Below, one piece after another: positions 47,738-56,318 of a DNA stretch of 64,000 nt. How positions within the stretch are numbered: the first letter of the stretch is position 1; each line of letters starts with the position of its first letter. Source of the stretch: Candidatus Kapaibacteriota bacterium (GTDB taxonomy: Bacteria > Bacteroidota > Ignavibacteria > OLB7); assembly GCA_048594725.1 (NCBI GenBank), contig JBMDXA010000091.1:19970-83969 (forward strand). The letters are read 5' to 3'. The position numbers were made by a program, and so were the translations under genes. A model generated the notes under the pieces. That model saw only the letters and a list, made by a program, of their open reading frames with translations. It was not told where the DNA came from and ran no database searches.

Positions 47738-48202
47738 TCAGTTGATGGGTTTCTGGTGGAGCGTATGCTTGCGGACGATCCCCTGAAGAATCTCCAGCAG
47801 GCGCCCGGCATCGGACGGGCTGAGGTGACCGAAAAAATGTTCATCGTTCCGGTCGGCAGCGGCTGCCAGCGCCGGGAGCAGGCGCGTTCCTTCGGCGGTG
47901 AGGGTGATGCTCACCCCCCGTTTATCCTCGTTGTTGCGGAGTCGGGCCGCCAGACCACGCTCGTGCAGGCGATCCACCAGACGCGAGACCGCCCCTTTAT
48001 TCATCCCCATGCGGGCAGCCAGTTCTCCCAGCGAACAGCCGGGGGCGTCGTGCAGGCTCCGCATCGTCACCCATTCGGCCACGGTGACGCCATGCCCGGC
48101 GAGGCGTTTCTGAAATGCGTCCGAAACATGGTTGGAGACGAACCGGAGCCAGTATCCGAGATGATCGTCCAGACCGCTGATGCCGTTGTCGGAAGTGCTC
48201 AT
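47738..48202 (-). CDS. MarR-family transcriptional regulator
   Basis: Winged-helix MarR core (...LGYWLRFVSNHVSDAFQKRLAGHGVTVAEWVTMRSLHDAPGCSLGELAARMGMNKGAVSRLVDRLHERGLAAR...). ATG at 48202; the track ORF extends to a TTG at 48226. Confidence 0.85.
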   Translation of the reverse strand: MSTSDNGISGLDDHLGYWLRFVSNHVSDAFQKRLAGHGVTVAEWVTMRSLHDAPGCSLGELAARMGMNKGAVSRLVDRLHERGLAARLRNNEDKRGVSITLTAEGTRLLPALAAAADRNDEHFFGHLSPSDAGRLLEILQGIVRKHTLHQKPIN

Positions 48203-48211
48203 AACGCAATG

Positions 48212-48229
48212 TAGTTGCCAAGGCAACTA
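48212..48229. promoter_or_regulatory. Perfect inverted repeat TAGTTGCC-AA-GGCAACTA about 10 nt upstream of the MarR ATG; candidate MarR operator
   Basis: 8-bp perfect palindrome arms with a 2-bp spacer, read directly. The size and position are typical of MarR autoregulatory sites. Coordinates may be off by 1 nt. Confidence 0.45.
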
Positions 48230-48552
48230 AATCCAAATAACAGCTACCCTCCACTTCTTTCCACTTATCCACAGCGGCGGGCAGGAACGGTGGAAAAGTG
48301 GATTAATCGGTGGTGCTGTTTCTGCGCTGCGGAATATCCACTCTTTTTTTCGGCGCCCTTCCATTCCTGTCATGATTTGCGGGGGATGGTGGTCTGGATC
48401 ATAGGAGAGGTACGATGTGGTCCGGAACGAGACCGGCCGCGAGCAATCTCCTGGGGGCATTTTTTCGTATTCCTCTATTGAGGATAGAGCCGGTAAACGA
48501 AAGGGCGCACAGGGCGCCCCACGAACCGCATCGGTTTTCGGCCGGCTTCCGG

Positions 48553-49086
48553 TCAGCCGTTTTTCGGCTCCCATACCTCGGTCAGGACGCAATCCCAGGG
48601 AAATTTGATCTCATCTGCGGGATCGTAGGGATGGCTCTGAAAATTGACGACGATCGATTCCGGCTGCGAGAGCGCCTTCCAGCCATGCATCACGCCGGGG
48701 GGGATCAGCAGGAACGACGGGCGTTGCGTGCCGGTGAGAAAGCTGTTCACCTGGCCGTAGGTAGGGGAATCCTCGCGGATATCGACGCAGACGATCTGCA
48801 TCTTCCCTCGGGTGACGGTGAACTGGTCGGTATGGATCTCGTGCAGATGCCAGCATTTTATCACGCCGTAGTCGGTTGCCGACTGATAGGCATGCTGCGG
48901 CACGACGAGCCCTTCGGCCTCCACCCAGGGGAGGCTCCAGAGCTCGATCACATCTCCCCGGCCATCGACGATGGTATGGAGATCCTTGCGCTTCACTCCT
49001 GCTATGGTCGGTCCGTGAAAGGTGGAACAATGGCGGAAGGGAACGTTCCGGAGTTCTTCGAGGGTTAGTTCTTTCAGGCTTTTCAT
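48553..49086 (-). CDS. RmlC-like cupin (dTDP-4-dehydrorhamnose 3,5-epimerase family)
   Basis: ...TRGKMQIVCVDIREDSPTYGQVNSFLTGTQRPSFLLIPPGVMHGWKALS... matches the RmlC core (RG.HxH / ...vDlR..SpTfG...ip.G.aHGf). Confidence 0.7.
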   Translation of the reverse strand: MKSLKELTLEELRNVPFRHCSTFHGPTIAGVKRKDLHTIVDGRGDVIELWSLPWVEAEGLVVPQHAYQSATDYGVIKCWHLHEIHTDQFTVTRGKMQIVCVDIREDSPTYGQVNSFLTGTQRPSFLLIPPGVMHGWKALSQPESIVVNFQSHPYDPADEIKFPWDCVLTEVWEPKNG

Positions 49087-49422
49087 CGGGTGCAAAAATA
49101 GTGCGCGCCGGGTTGATACGGAGTGTAAAAGAGTGATAAGTCGGGAACATCCCGCCGCGGCGTGTCTCTAGTACTATCGGTGCATTCCCATTGCACCCCT
49201 CCGGTTGCGGCGATTCCTGCGGTGCGTCTGGCTGATACGGGGCGGATTTCGCCGGGCACGGCGGCCTGCCGGTAGCGGGTTGCGGGCAGGGGAAAGCAAT
49301 TGTTTCAGGGCGTAGCAGAGGGATGAATAATAGGGCTGATTCCCGAAAAAATGCTAACTTTACCTCCTTACCCGTGTCAGCTACTCAAGCAACCATAGAA
49401 GTATTACCGTCAGGAGGTTTTC

Positions 49423-50589
49423 ATGCAGGAGGAATCGACCGCCGTTGCCTACGACACCGCCCTGAGCGATGAACAGCTTGCGGTGCGGAATCTGGCGAGG
49501 GATTTCGCCGAGAGCGAGATCCGTCCGGTCGTCATGGAATTCGACGAGTCGCAGGAGTTTCCCGCCGAGATCTTCAGGAAGATGGCGGAGCTCGGATTCC
49601 TCGGCATCACCGTCCCGACCGAATATGACGGTGCAGGGCTCGGTTTTGTTGAATATGCCCTGATCGTGGAGGAGATCGCCCGTATCGATCCTTCCATGGC
49701 GCTTGGTGTGGCGGCCCATAACGGCCTGGGCACCGGGCATATCTTCAAGTTCGGTTCCGAGGAGCTGAAGCGGAAATATGTGCCCCGTCTGGCCCGTGGG
49801 GAGACGATGGGTGCGTGGGGCCTTACCGAACCGGGATCGGGATCGGACGCCGGCGGCATGCAGACGGTTGCCCGCCGCGACGGCGACGGCTGGATTCTGA
49901 ACGGGTCGAAGAATTTCATCACGCATGGCACCGTGGGCGAGATCGCGGTGATTATGGCGGTGACCGATCGCGAGGCCGGGGCCAGAGGGATCTCGGCGTT
50001 CGTGGTGGATAAGTCGATGCCCGGCTTCTATGCCTCGAAGAAGGAGAACAAGCTCGGAATGCGCTGCTCGGATACCTCCAGCCTGGTTCTGGAGGATGTG
50101 CGCGTGCCGGCAGAGAACCTGATCGGCAACGAGGGGGAAGGTTTCAAGCAGGCGCTTCAGATCCTGGATGGCGGCCGCATCTCGATTGCGGCGCTTTCGG
50201 TGGGTCTGGCGCAGGGGGCACTGGATGCCTCGCTGAAGTATTCGAACGAACGTAATCAGTTCGGCAGGAAGATTGCGGCTTTCCAGGGTATACAATTCAA
50301 GCTGGCGATGATGGCTACCGAAGTGGAAGCCTCCCGCCTGCTTACCTACAAGGCCGCATATCTGCGCGACCAGAAGCGGGATTTCGCCCTCGAGGCATCG
50401 AAGGCGAAGTATTTCGCGAGCGAAGTGGCGGTGCGGTGCGCCACCGAGGCGGTGCAGATTCATGGCGGGTACGGCTATATCAAGGAGTACCCGGTGGAGA
50501 AGCTCTATCGCGATGCGAAGCTCCTGACCATAGGAGAGGGCACCTCGGAGATTCAGAAGATCGTGATCTCCAGAGCGGTTCTGCGATAA
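49423..50589 (+). CDS. Acyl-CoA dehydrogenase (short/branched-chain type)
   Basis: 388 aa with the three ACAD domains and a catalytic region (...EVAVRCATEAVQIHGGYGYIKEYPVEKLYRDAKLLTIGEGTSEIQ...). The SD-like caGGAGGttttcATG precedes the start. Confidence 0.95.
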   Translation: MQEESTAVAYDTALSDEQLAVRNLARDFAESEIRPVVMEFDESQEFPAEIFRKMAELGFLGITVPTEYDGAGLGFVEYALIVEEIARIDPSMALGVAAHNGLGTGHIFKFGSEELKRKYVPRLARGETMGAWGLTEPGSGSDAGGMQTVARRDGDGWILNGSKNFITHGTVGEIAVIMAVTDREAGARGISAFVVDKSMPGFYASKKENKLGMRCSDTSSLVLEDVRVPAENLIGNEGEGFKQALQILDGGRISIAALSVGLAQGALDASLKYSNERNQFGRKIAAFQGIQFKLAMMATEVEASRLLTYKAAYLRDQKRDFALEASKAKYFASEVAVRCATEAVQIHGGYGYIKEYPVEKLYRDAKLLTIGEGTSEIQKIVISRAVLR

Positions 50590-50805
50590 GGGCGATGCAG
50601 GTGACGCCATAGGGAACCCGATAGTAGATCGGCAGCTTCCCATATCCGTTGCATGTGTCTTGACGGCAAGTTCAAATCGCTAATTTTTGCTGAAAATCAG
50701 CGATTCGGTCCTGCCTGGTTGCCGTTGTTAGCCGGTATACCTTGTTACACTGAGCATGCAACTTGCTCTCTGGCTGTGTGTTTATCTATGCGTAATTCGG
50801 AACAC

Positions 50806-51387
50806 ATGAAGACTGTTGTGAGGGATAAAAAGGATATGGAACTAGGTCTGCAGATAGAGAACTTGTTTCGGCGTGATAGAAGCAAGCTGGTCGGCTTCAT
50901 CCGCGAGCGGGTACGCTCGAGGGAGGAGGCCGAAGATATACTTCAGGATGTGTTCGCCAATGTGCTGGCGGCCGCATCGGAGGTGACGGAACCGATTGAA
51001 AACCTTGGTGCATGGGTCTTCACAGCGATCAGAAACCGGATTATTGATTCGTATCGCAAGAAGCGTCCGCAGACCTTCACCGATACCATATATAGCGATG
51101 ATGAAGGGGATGTCGCCCAGTTCGAGAATTTCCTCAGCGACATCAGCCTGAGCCCGGAGCGCAGCCTGGTAAGCCGCACTATTCGTGAGGCTATCATGGA
51201 GGCACTCGATGAACTCCCGAAGGAGCAGAAGTACGCGTTCGTGAAGAACGAATTCGAAGGGGTGAGTTTCCGTGAGATGGCCGAAGAGACCGGAGAGAAC
51301 ATCAATACGCTGCTTGCCCGCAAGCGCTACGCGGTGTTGTATCTGCGCAAGCGTCTGAAGGAGCTCTACGATAACTTGCACGAATAA
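50806..51387 (+). CDS. RNA polymerase sigma-70 family factor (ECF-like)
   Basis: Internal ATG (MKTVVRDKKDMELGLQIENLFRRDRSKLVGFIRERVRSREEAEDILQDVFANVL... region 2) of track ORF 50653..51387, with a region-4 HTH (...EQKYAFVKNEFEGVSFREMAEETGENINTLLARKRYAVLYLRKRL...). An alternative ATG lies at 50836. Confidence 0.75.
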   Translation: MKTVVRDKKDMELGLQIENLFRRDRSKLVGFIRERVRSREEAEDILQDVFANVLAAASEVTEPIENLGAWVFTAIRNRIIDSYRKKRPQTFTDTIYSDDEGDVAQFENFLSDISLSPERSLVSRTIREAIMEALDELPKEQKYAFVKNEFEGVSFREMAEETGENINTLLARKRYAVLYLRKRLKELYDNLHE

Positions 51388-51469
51388 AGAAAACCGTCCG
51401 TCCTAGTCGGGAAGCAGACCCGATTCGCCGGGGAGCGCTGCGCTCCACCCTACCGCGTGATACAGAGAG

Positions 51470-51922
51470 ATGGACAGGAACAGCGACGTACTCAACAATA
51501 AGATCAAGTTAATCGCGATCGGCGTAGGCGCCCTGGTGCTTGCGCTGATTGCGTTTTCCGGCCTGGGCTGGTGCGCTATCGTTGCCTGCGGGCACCGGAT
51601 GGCGAGCATATCGGTGGGATACTGGGAGCTGCTGGGAGGTACCAGCGCGGCCGTGCTTGCGGTGCTCTTCATCCGCCCGTTGCGTAACCGGTTCCTGCCA
51701 CGCCAGCTTCGTTCGGGAAATGCCCTGCTGCAGCCCGCAGAACAACCGTCCGTCCTGGTGGAAACGCCTCTGCCGGAGACCGATGCCGAGGAGACGGGCG
51801 ATGGCAACTGGCGCCAGCTCTACAGCCAGCTCTCCAGTGATGAGCGGGAGATATTCAAGTCGATCATGAAGAAATACTGCGCGGATGCTCCCGAGGAGCG
51901 CACGGCCGCCGAGCCGGAATAG
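51470..51922 (+). CDS. Hypothetical membrane protein (possible partner of the upstream sigma factor)
   Basis: Two predicted TM helices (LIAIGVGALVLALIAFSGLGWCAIVA; LLGGTSAAVLAVLFI) and an acidic C-terminal tail. It is co-directional 83 nt after the sigma gene. Confidence 0.5.
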   Translation: MDRNSDVLNNKIKLIAIGVGALVLALIAFSGLGWCAIVACGHRMASISVGYWELLGGTSAAVLAVLFIRPLRNRFLPRQLRSGNALLQPAEQPSVLVETPLPETDAEETGDGNWRQLYSQLSSDEREIFKSIMKKYCADAPEERTAAEPE

Positions 51923-51977
51923 ATCCGCCGGAGAATCGAAAGAGCGAAAAAGACAGTTACCGCTAGCTAAGCAGCAC

Positions 51978-52042
51978 GCAACGCCGCCAGGGCGCAGCAG
52001 GAGAGATGAAGGATGTCTCCTGTGCGTTTCTGGCGGCGTTGC
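51978..52042. terminator. Long near-perfect hairpin (13-bp outer stem GCAACGCCGCCAG/CUGGCGGCGUUGC plus inner CAGGAGA/UCUCCUG) between convergent genes
   Basis: Read directly as gcaacgccgccagggcgcagcaggagagatgaaggatgtctcctgtgcgtttctggcggcgttgc. No adjacent U-tract. It sits between the 3' ends of 51470..51922(+) and 52256..52624(-). Confidence 0.45.
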
Positions 52043-52255
52043 GTTATCCCCCGGCGATGAATCACTAGAGCAGATTTCAGTTGAGTTTGCCCTATCACCT
52101 GGCAGAAGACTGGGCCGCTCCTACGGAGCTTCCACAGAAAAGAGATCCTGTATCTACAAACGGGCAACACCTATACGTGTTGGCTACGGGGGCCACAAGC
52201 GATACACTCAAGTGAAATCCGCTCTAATCACTGCGGGCCGTGGTGCTCCTGGCTC

Positions 52256-52624
52256 TCACTCCAGCCCGCGCGCTTCCAGATCGTCCTCATCGAACCCGAT
52301 CATATGCCCGAGTTCATGAACGAGGGTGATGCGGATCTGCCCGGCCAGTTCCTCGGGCTCGGGAAAGTCCTCTATCAGCGGACCCCGGAACAGGTAGATT
52401 CTATCCGGCAGGAGAACCGGATTCTCCGAGGGGGCACGCAATCCCACGGGCGTGCCATCGTAATAGCCGTAGGGGGTCTCCTCCACCGGAATTCCTCCCA
52501 TGCGCTCCCGCATCTCCCGGTCGGCCCAGTCATCGATAATGATGGCGCACTCGGCGAGCACCTCCTGCAATTCCTCTGGAAGCTCGTCGATGACATCCTG
52601 CACGATCGATTCAAATTCGGCCAT
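52256..52624 (-). CDS. Minimal zinc metallopeptidase-family protein (Zincin_1/DUF-type, HExxH)
   Basis: 122 aa starting MAEFESIVQDVIDELPEELQEVLAECAIIIDDWADREMRERMG... with ...ITLVHELGHMIGFDEDDLEARGLE. Confidence 0.75.
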   Translation of the reverse strand: MAEFESIVQDVIDELPEELQEVLAECAIIIDDWADREMRERMGGIPVEETPYGYYDGTPVGLRAPSENPVLLPDRIYLFRGPLIEDFPEPEELAGQIRITLVHELGHMIGFDEDDLEARGLE

Positions 52625-52625
52625 G

Positions 52626-52800
52626 GAATTTTCGATTTTCGATTTTGGATTTTCGATTGGGGGAAGGGGGAGGAATTTTCGATTTTCGATTTTGGATTTT
52701 CGATTGAGGGAAGGGGGAGGGATTTTCGATTTTGGATTTTGGATTTTCGATTGGGGGAACGGGGGAGGAATTTTCGATTTTCGATTAAGGGATCGGTGAG
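52626..52800 (+). repeat. About 3.5 tandem copies of an AT-rich ~47-bp unit (GGAATTTTCGATTTTCGATTTTGGATTTTCGATTGGGGGAAGGGGGAGG), starting 2 nt from the start codon of the minus-strand metallopeptidase gene
   Basis: Read directly. The unit boundaries are about 52626-52672, 52673-52720, 52720-52767 and a partial copy to about 52800. Its AT-rich core alternates with G-runs, which is conspicuous in a GC-rich genome. Confidence 0.85.
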
Positions 52801-52839
52801 GCGTGTGGGGGGAGAGTGCCGGCCTCGGACTCCCAACTC

Positions 52840-52910
52840 CTCAGTTTCCGACTCCCGACTTTTCAACTTCCGACTTTTCAACTCTCGATTCTTCAACTTC
52901 CGGCTCCCTC
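52840..52910 (+). repeat. 4-5 tandem ~15-bp repeats (CGACTTTTCAACTTC-like), adjacent to and loosely resembling the 52626..52800 repeat family
   Basis: The sequence is gactcccaactcctcagtttccgactcccgacttttcaacttccgacttttcaactctcgattcttcaacttccggctccctcaattcc. Confidence 0.6.
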
Positions 52911-53017
52911 AATTCCTGCCCTGCTATCCTCTCCCCTTCTCATTCGCGTGGATTTCATCTCCACTTCTACGAATCGATGGATGCTCCCCTACTCCCGTCC
53001 GCCAAGATTTGCGACCA

Positions 53018-53479
53018 TTAGCGGTTACCGGCGAACTCAGGCCCGAACATCGTTGCCAGCGACTGGCGGGTATCGGCATCGGTGCCGCGATAGACCAGGA
53101 TCACCTTTTCGGTGCTGTACAGATGCACCGGCGATTCCCAGGCGATGGTCTCGTTGCCCACCCTGGTGCCATCCGGGCTGATGGTTGCCTTCACCTCGTT
53201 CAGCTCCTCCGCCGAATCATATTCGTACACCTCCAGCGATACGCCGTTATTCACATCGAGCAGATAGCCATCCGTATCCATCGCCGGGCGCTCGGCGCGG
53301 CGCGGCACACGCACCTGAAGACCGCTCGCCTTCATGATATTGATGATATTGAATGTCGGGCTCTGCACCTCGATCTGCGGGGTGAGATCCCCTCCGTTCT
53401 CCTGCGGGGCCTTGTCGTCGTCGCAGGCGGCAAGAAACCCCAGAAGAATGACCGGAAGGAGAAGGCTGGTACTGCGCAT
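53018..53479 (-). CDS. Hypothetical lipoprotein
   Basis: MRSTSLLLPVILLGFLAACDDD lipobox; 153 aa. Confidence 0.6.
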   Translation of the reverse strand: MRSTSLLLPVILLGFLAACDDDKAPQENGGDLTPQIEVQSPTFNIINIMKASGLQVRVPRRAERPAMDTDGYLLDVNNGVSLEVYEYDSAEELNEVKATISPDGTRVGNETIAWESPVHLYSTEKVILVYRGTDADTRQSLATMFGPEFAGNR

Positions 53480-53541
53480 GGATCGTTCTGAAATTGGATG
53501 AAGTAAGAGTGTTACGGCAAGGTTATCGGCGTTGATGCCGG

Positions 53542-54900
53542 TCAGGCTATCCAGATGGTTTTGATATTGACGAACTCGCGGATGCCGAATTCGGCCAGTT
53601 CCCGTCCCACCCCGCTGGCCTTGACGCCGCCGAACGGGAGCCGGGGATCGGATTTCACCATGCCGTTGATGAAGACCGATCCGGCCTCTATCTCGTTTGC
53701 GAACCGTTCCTGTTCCTCCTTCTCGGCTGTCCAGGCCGAGGAGCCGAGGCCGAACCGGGTATCGTTCGCCATACGGATGGCCTCATCCATATCGCGCACC
53801 CGGATCACGGCCGCCACCGGACCGAACGTCTCCTCCTGATACGCAGGCATGCCGGGGCGCACATTACCCAGCACCGTCGGCTCGTAGAAATAGCCATCCC
53901 CCTCCATCTTCCTGCCGCCGGCGAGCACCGTGGCCCCCTTCTCCACCGATTCGGTCACCTGGCGGTGGAGATCATCCACGAACTCCGGCCGCGCCAGCGG
54001 GCCGATATCGGTGCCGGGTTCCAGCGGGTCTCCCACACGGAGCCTGGCGATACCCTCCACGAAGAGCCGCTCGAACTCATCGGCTATCTCCTCCTGCACT
54101 ATAAAGCGTTTGGCGGCGATGCAGCTCTGGCCGTTGTTGATGGTGCGGGCGGTGACGGCGGTCTGGGCAGCCTTCTTGAGATCGGCGCTTTTCATCACGA
54201 TGAACGGATCGCTCCCGCCAAGCTCCAGCACCACCTTCTTGATATTCCCCCCGGCCGATTCCCCCACCTTCCGTCCCGCCTCCTCGCTGCCGGTAAGGGT
54301 AACGGCGGCCACGCGATCGTCGCCGATGATTGCCGATACCTTCGCCGATCCTATCAGGAGGGTCTGGAAGCAGCCCGGAGGAAATCCGGCCGCGGTGAAG
54401 ACCTCCTCGATTGCCACCGCCGACCCGGGGACATTGGAGGCATGTTTCAGCAGGCAGACATTCCCGGCCATAAGCGCCGGCGCCGCAAAGCGGAAGCACT
54501 GCCAGAAGGGGAAGTTCCAGGGCATGATGGCGAGCACCGGTCCCACCGGCTGAAACCGCACATAACTCTTCGATGCATCGGTTTTCGAGGGGGTATCGGC
54601 GAGGAACTGCGCGGCATTATCGGCGTAATAGTCGCAGGCCCAGGCGCATTTCTCCACCTCCGATTCGGCGGCGGCAATCGGTTTCCCCATCTCCTCGGTC
54701 ATCAGCCGCGCGTAGGTGGCGGAGCGTTCGCGCAGGATGGCGGCAGCCTTGCGCATCAGCGTGGCACGCTCGGCGAACGAGGTGGTGCGGTACTCGGCGA
54801 AGCGTTCGGCGGCCAGCGCCAGCTTCCGTTCGATCTCCGCATCATCATGATCGGGATATTCTGCGATCAGCAGATTATTTGCAGGATTGATAGCGCGCAT
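53542..54900 (-). CDS. NAD(P)-dependent aldehyde dehydrogenase (succinate-semialdehyde dehydrogenase-like)
   Basis: Internal ATG (MRAINPANNLLIAEYP...) of track ORF 53542..55185. It has the ALDH catalytic Cys and Glu contexts (...LELGGSDPFIV...; ...NNGQSCIAAKRFIV...; ...EETFGPVAAV...). 453 aa. Confidence 0.9.
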   Translation of the reverse strand: MRAINPANNLLIAEYPDHDDAEIERKLALAAERFAEYRTTSFAERATLMRKAAAILRERSATYARLMTEEMGKPIAAAESEVEKCAWACDYYADNAAQFLADTPSKTDASKSYVRFQPVGPVLAIMPWNFPFWQCFRFAAPALMAGNVCLLKHASNVPGSAVAIEEVFTAAGFPPGCFQTLLIGSAKVSAIIGDDRVAAVTLTGSEEAGRKVGESAGGNIKKVVLELGGSDPFIVMKSADLKKAAQTAVTARTINNGQSCIAAKRFIVQEEIADEFERLFVEGIARLRVGDPLEPGTDIGPLARPEFVDDLHRQVTESVEKGATVLAGGRKMEGDGYFYEPTVLGNVRPGMPAYQEETFGPVAAVIRVRDMDEAIRMANDTRFGLGSSAWTAEKEEQERFANEIEAGSVFINGMVKSDPRLPFGGVKASGVGRELAEFGIREFVNIKTIWIA

Positions 54901-55099
54901 CCGTATCTCCAGATAGATCGGTATGGGATTCCGGCGCATGGAGGGATGATCCCGCAGTGCGGCCGATGGAACCCGTGTGCCCCGGCCACGGGATTTCCCC
55001 TGGCCGGAAAGCATATACGCAAACCGGGAGCCGATTATAACGGCTCCCGGCATATCCTGCAAACCTGGAATATTCTTCCGCTCCTCTCCCGTCGCGAAC

Positions 55100-55603
55100 C
55101 TAGCGCGGCCGGAAGATCCCCTCGGTCTTGCGCCGTGCCTCGTCGATCTGGTCGCGTACCCGCGCGGCCTGATCCAGTTTCTCATTCGCCTTGTTCATGG
55201 TCCGCTCCGCCTGATCGATAGGATCGCCGCCGGACTGCGAGCGCTGGGCCGAGCTGCGGGAGGTGCCGCTTTTCGACGACGTGCTCTTGGCTGCCAGGCT
55301 GGTGGCCGTTGCGGGCTGCTTCTGCAGGAGCCCCGCATAGCGCGGATCGGCGCGGAACACACCGATCACCTCGGCGGCGAGAGCGGAATCGGCTATCGCA
55401 AGGGAGAGTGCATCGTCGAACGTCCCTTTTTCGAACGAGCGGCGGATAACATCGGCTGTCATCGTCTTGTCCCCGGCTATCTCGCCCACATGATCGGCGG
55501 GGGGCGGCACCGGAACGGTCCGGGGATCGGTCTCGACGCGGCTATCGCAGGCGGCGAGCGTCAGCAGTGCGGCGGCCAGCGCCGGAATTACCCTTCTGTT
55601 CAT
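55100..55603 (-). CDS. Hypothetical lipoprotein
   Basis: MNRRVIPALAAALLTLAACDS lipobox. The C-terminus is low-complexity Ser/Gln-rich and helical. Confidence 0.5.
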   Translation of the reverse strand: MNRRVIPALAAALLTLAACDSRVETDPRTVPVPPPADHVGEIAGDKTMTADVIRRSFEKGTFDDALSLAIADSALAAEVIGVFRADPRYAGLLQKQPATATSLAAKSTSSKSGTSRSSAQRSQSGGDPIDQAERTMNKANEKLDQAARVRDQIDEARRKTEGIFRPR

Positions 55604-55745
55604 GGGATCACCTCGTTGTTCGCATTCATTGACGGAAGAACTTCATCGCGCATACGAGCCTGGACGATGAGCCCGCTGCTACAGGGGCTCGATACAAATC
55701 CAGGGCCGGAAGTTCTTGGAGCAACGAGTCCGCAGGAGGATTAAT

Positions 55746-55840
55746 GGATTTTCGATTTGCGATTTTAGATTTTCGATTGGTGATTCGGAAAGGGGGAGGG
55801 ATTTTCGATTAGCGATGGGAGAAGATTTTTGATTGACGAG
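55746..55840 (+). repeat. Second locus of the AT-rich TTTTCGATTTTGGATTTTCGATT repeat family (forward orientation)
   Basis: The sequence is ggattttcgatttgcgattttagattttcgattggtgattcggaaagggggagggattttcgattagcgatgggagaagatttttgattg. It lies about 145 nt upstream of the start of the lipoprotein gene at 55603. Confidence 0.8.
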
Positions 55841-56112
55841 GGGGAATGATGATGTAGGCGGGGGTGCATAGGCGATTGCGGTGTCGCGGGGCTATACGCC
55901 GCTATCTGCTCTGCATCACGGCGCATGGAGCGCAACGCCGCGCGAACGGCACGCAACCGGGGGAAATGAAATTCCGCAGAACGTATTCAGTAGACAGGTA
56001 GTAGTGAAAAGCCGGAGTGAGCAGTGAATAGCTGATGGTGAATGGCGCAGCAGCTGGCACCGGAGACAACCGCACAGCGGCTTCCGCCCCCTGAACCCTC
56101 ACGTCCTCTCTT

Positions 56113-56149
56113 CCAATCGAAAATCCAAAATCCAAAATCGAAAATTCCC
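56113..56149 (-). repeat. Third copy of the same repeat family in inverted orientation; it forms an inverted pair with 55746..55840, flanking about 270 bp
   Basis: The plus strand reads caatcgaaaatccaaaatccaaaatcgaaaattccc, the reverse complement of GGGAATTTTCGATTTTGGATTTTGGATTTTCGATTG. Confidence 0.8.
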
Positions 56150-56318
56150 AGACCGAGCGAGGGCCCAGCAGCCCCGTAGACAGATCCTGCCCTGCGGGAG
56201 TGTTGAGCCCTCTCGATATCATCGCATCATTGTACGCTGTGCCGGTGGCACGGGATCAGGGAGTGAGGGCGGGAAGCCCGGGCATCCAGAGAATAAGGCA
56301 TCGCCGGCGGATACCGTT

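Noticed and set aside
52626-52800. Considered whether the tandem repeats are a CRISPR array
   Set aside because: The units are directly adjacent with no unique spacers. The unit itself is internally repetitive (TTTTCGATT sub-repeats). No cas genes are nearby.
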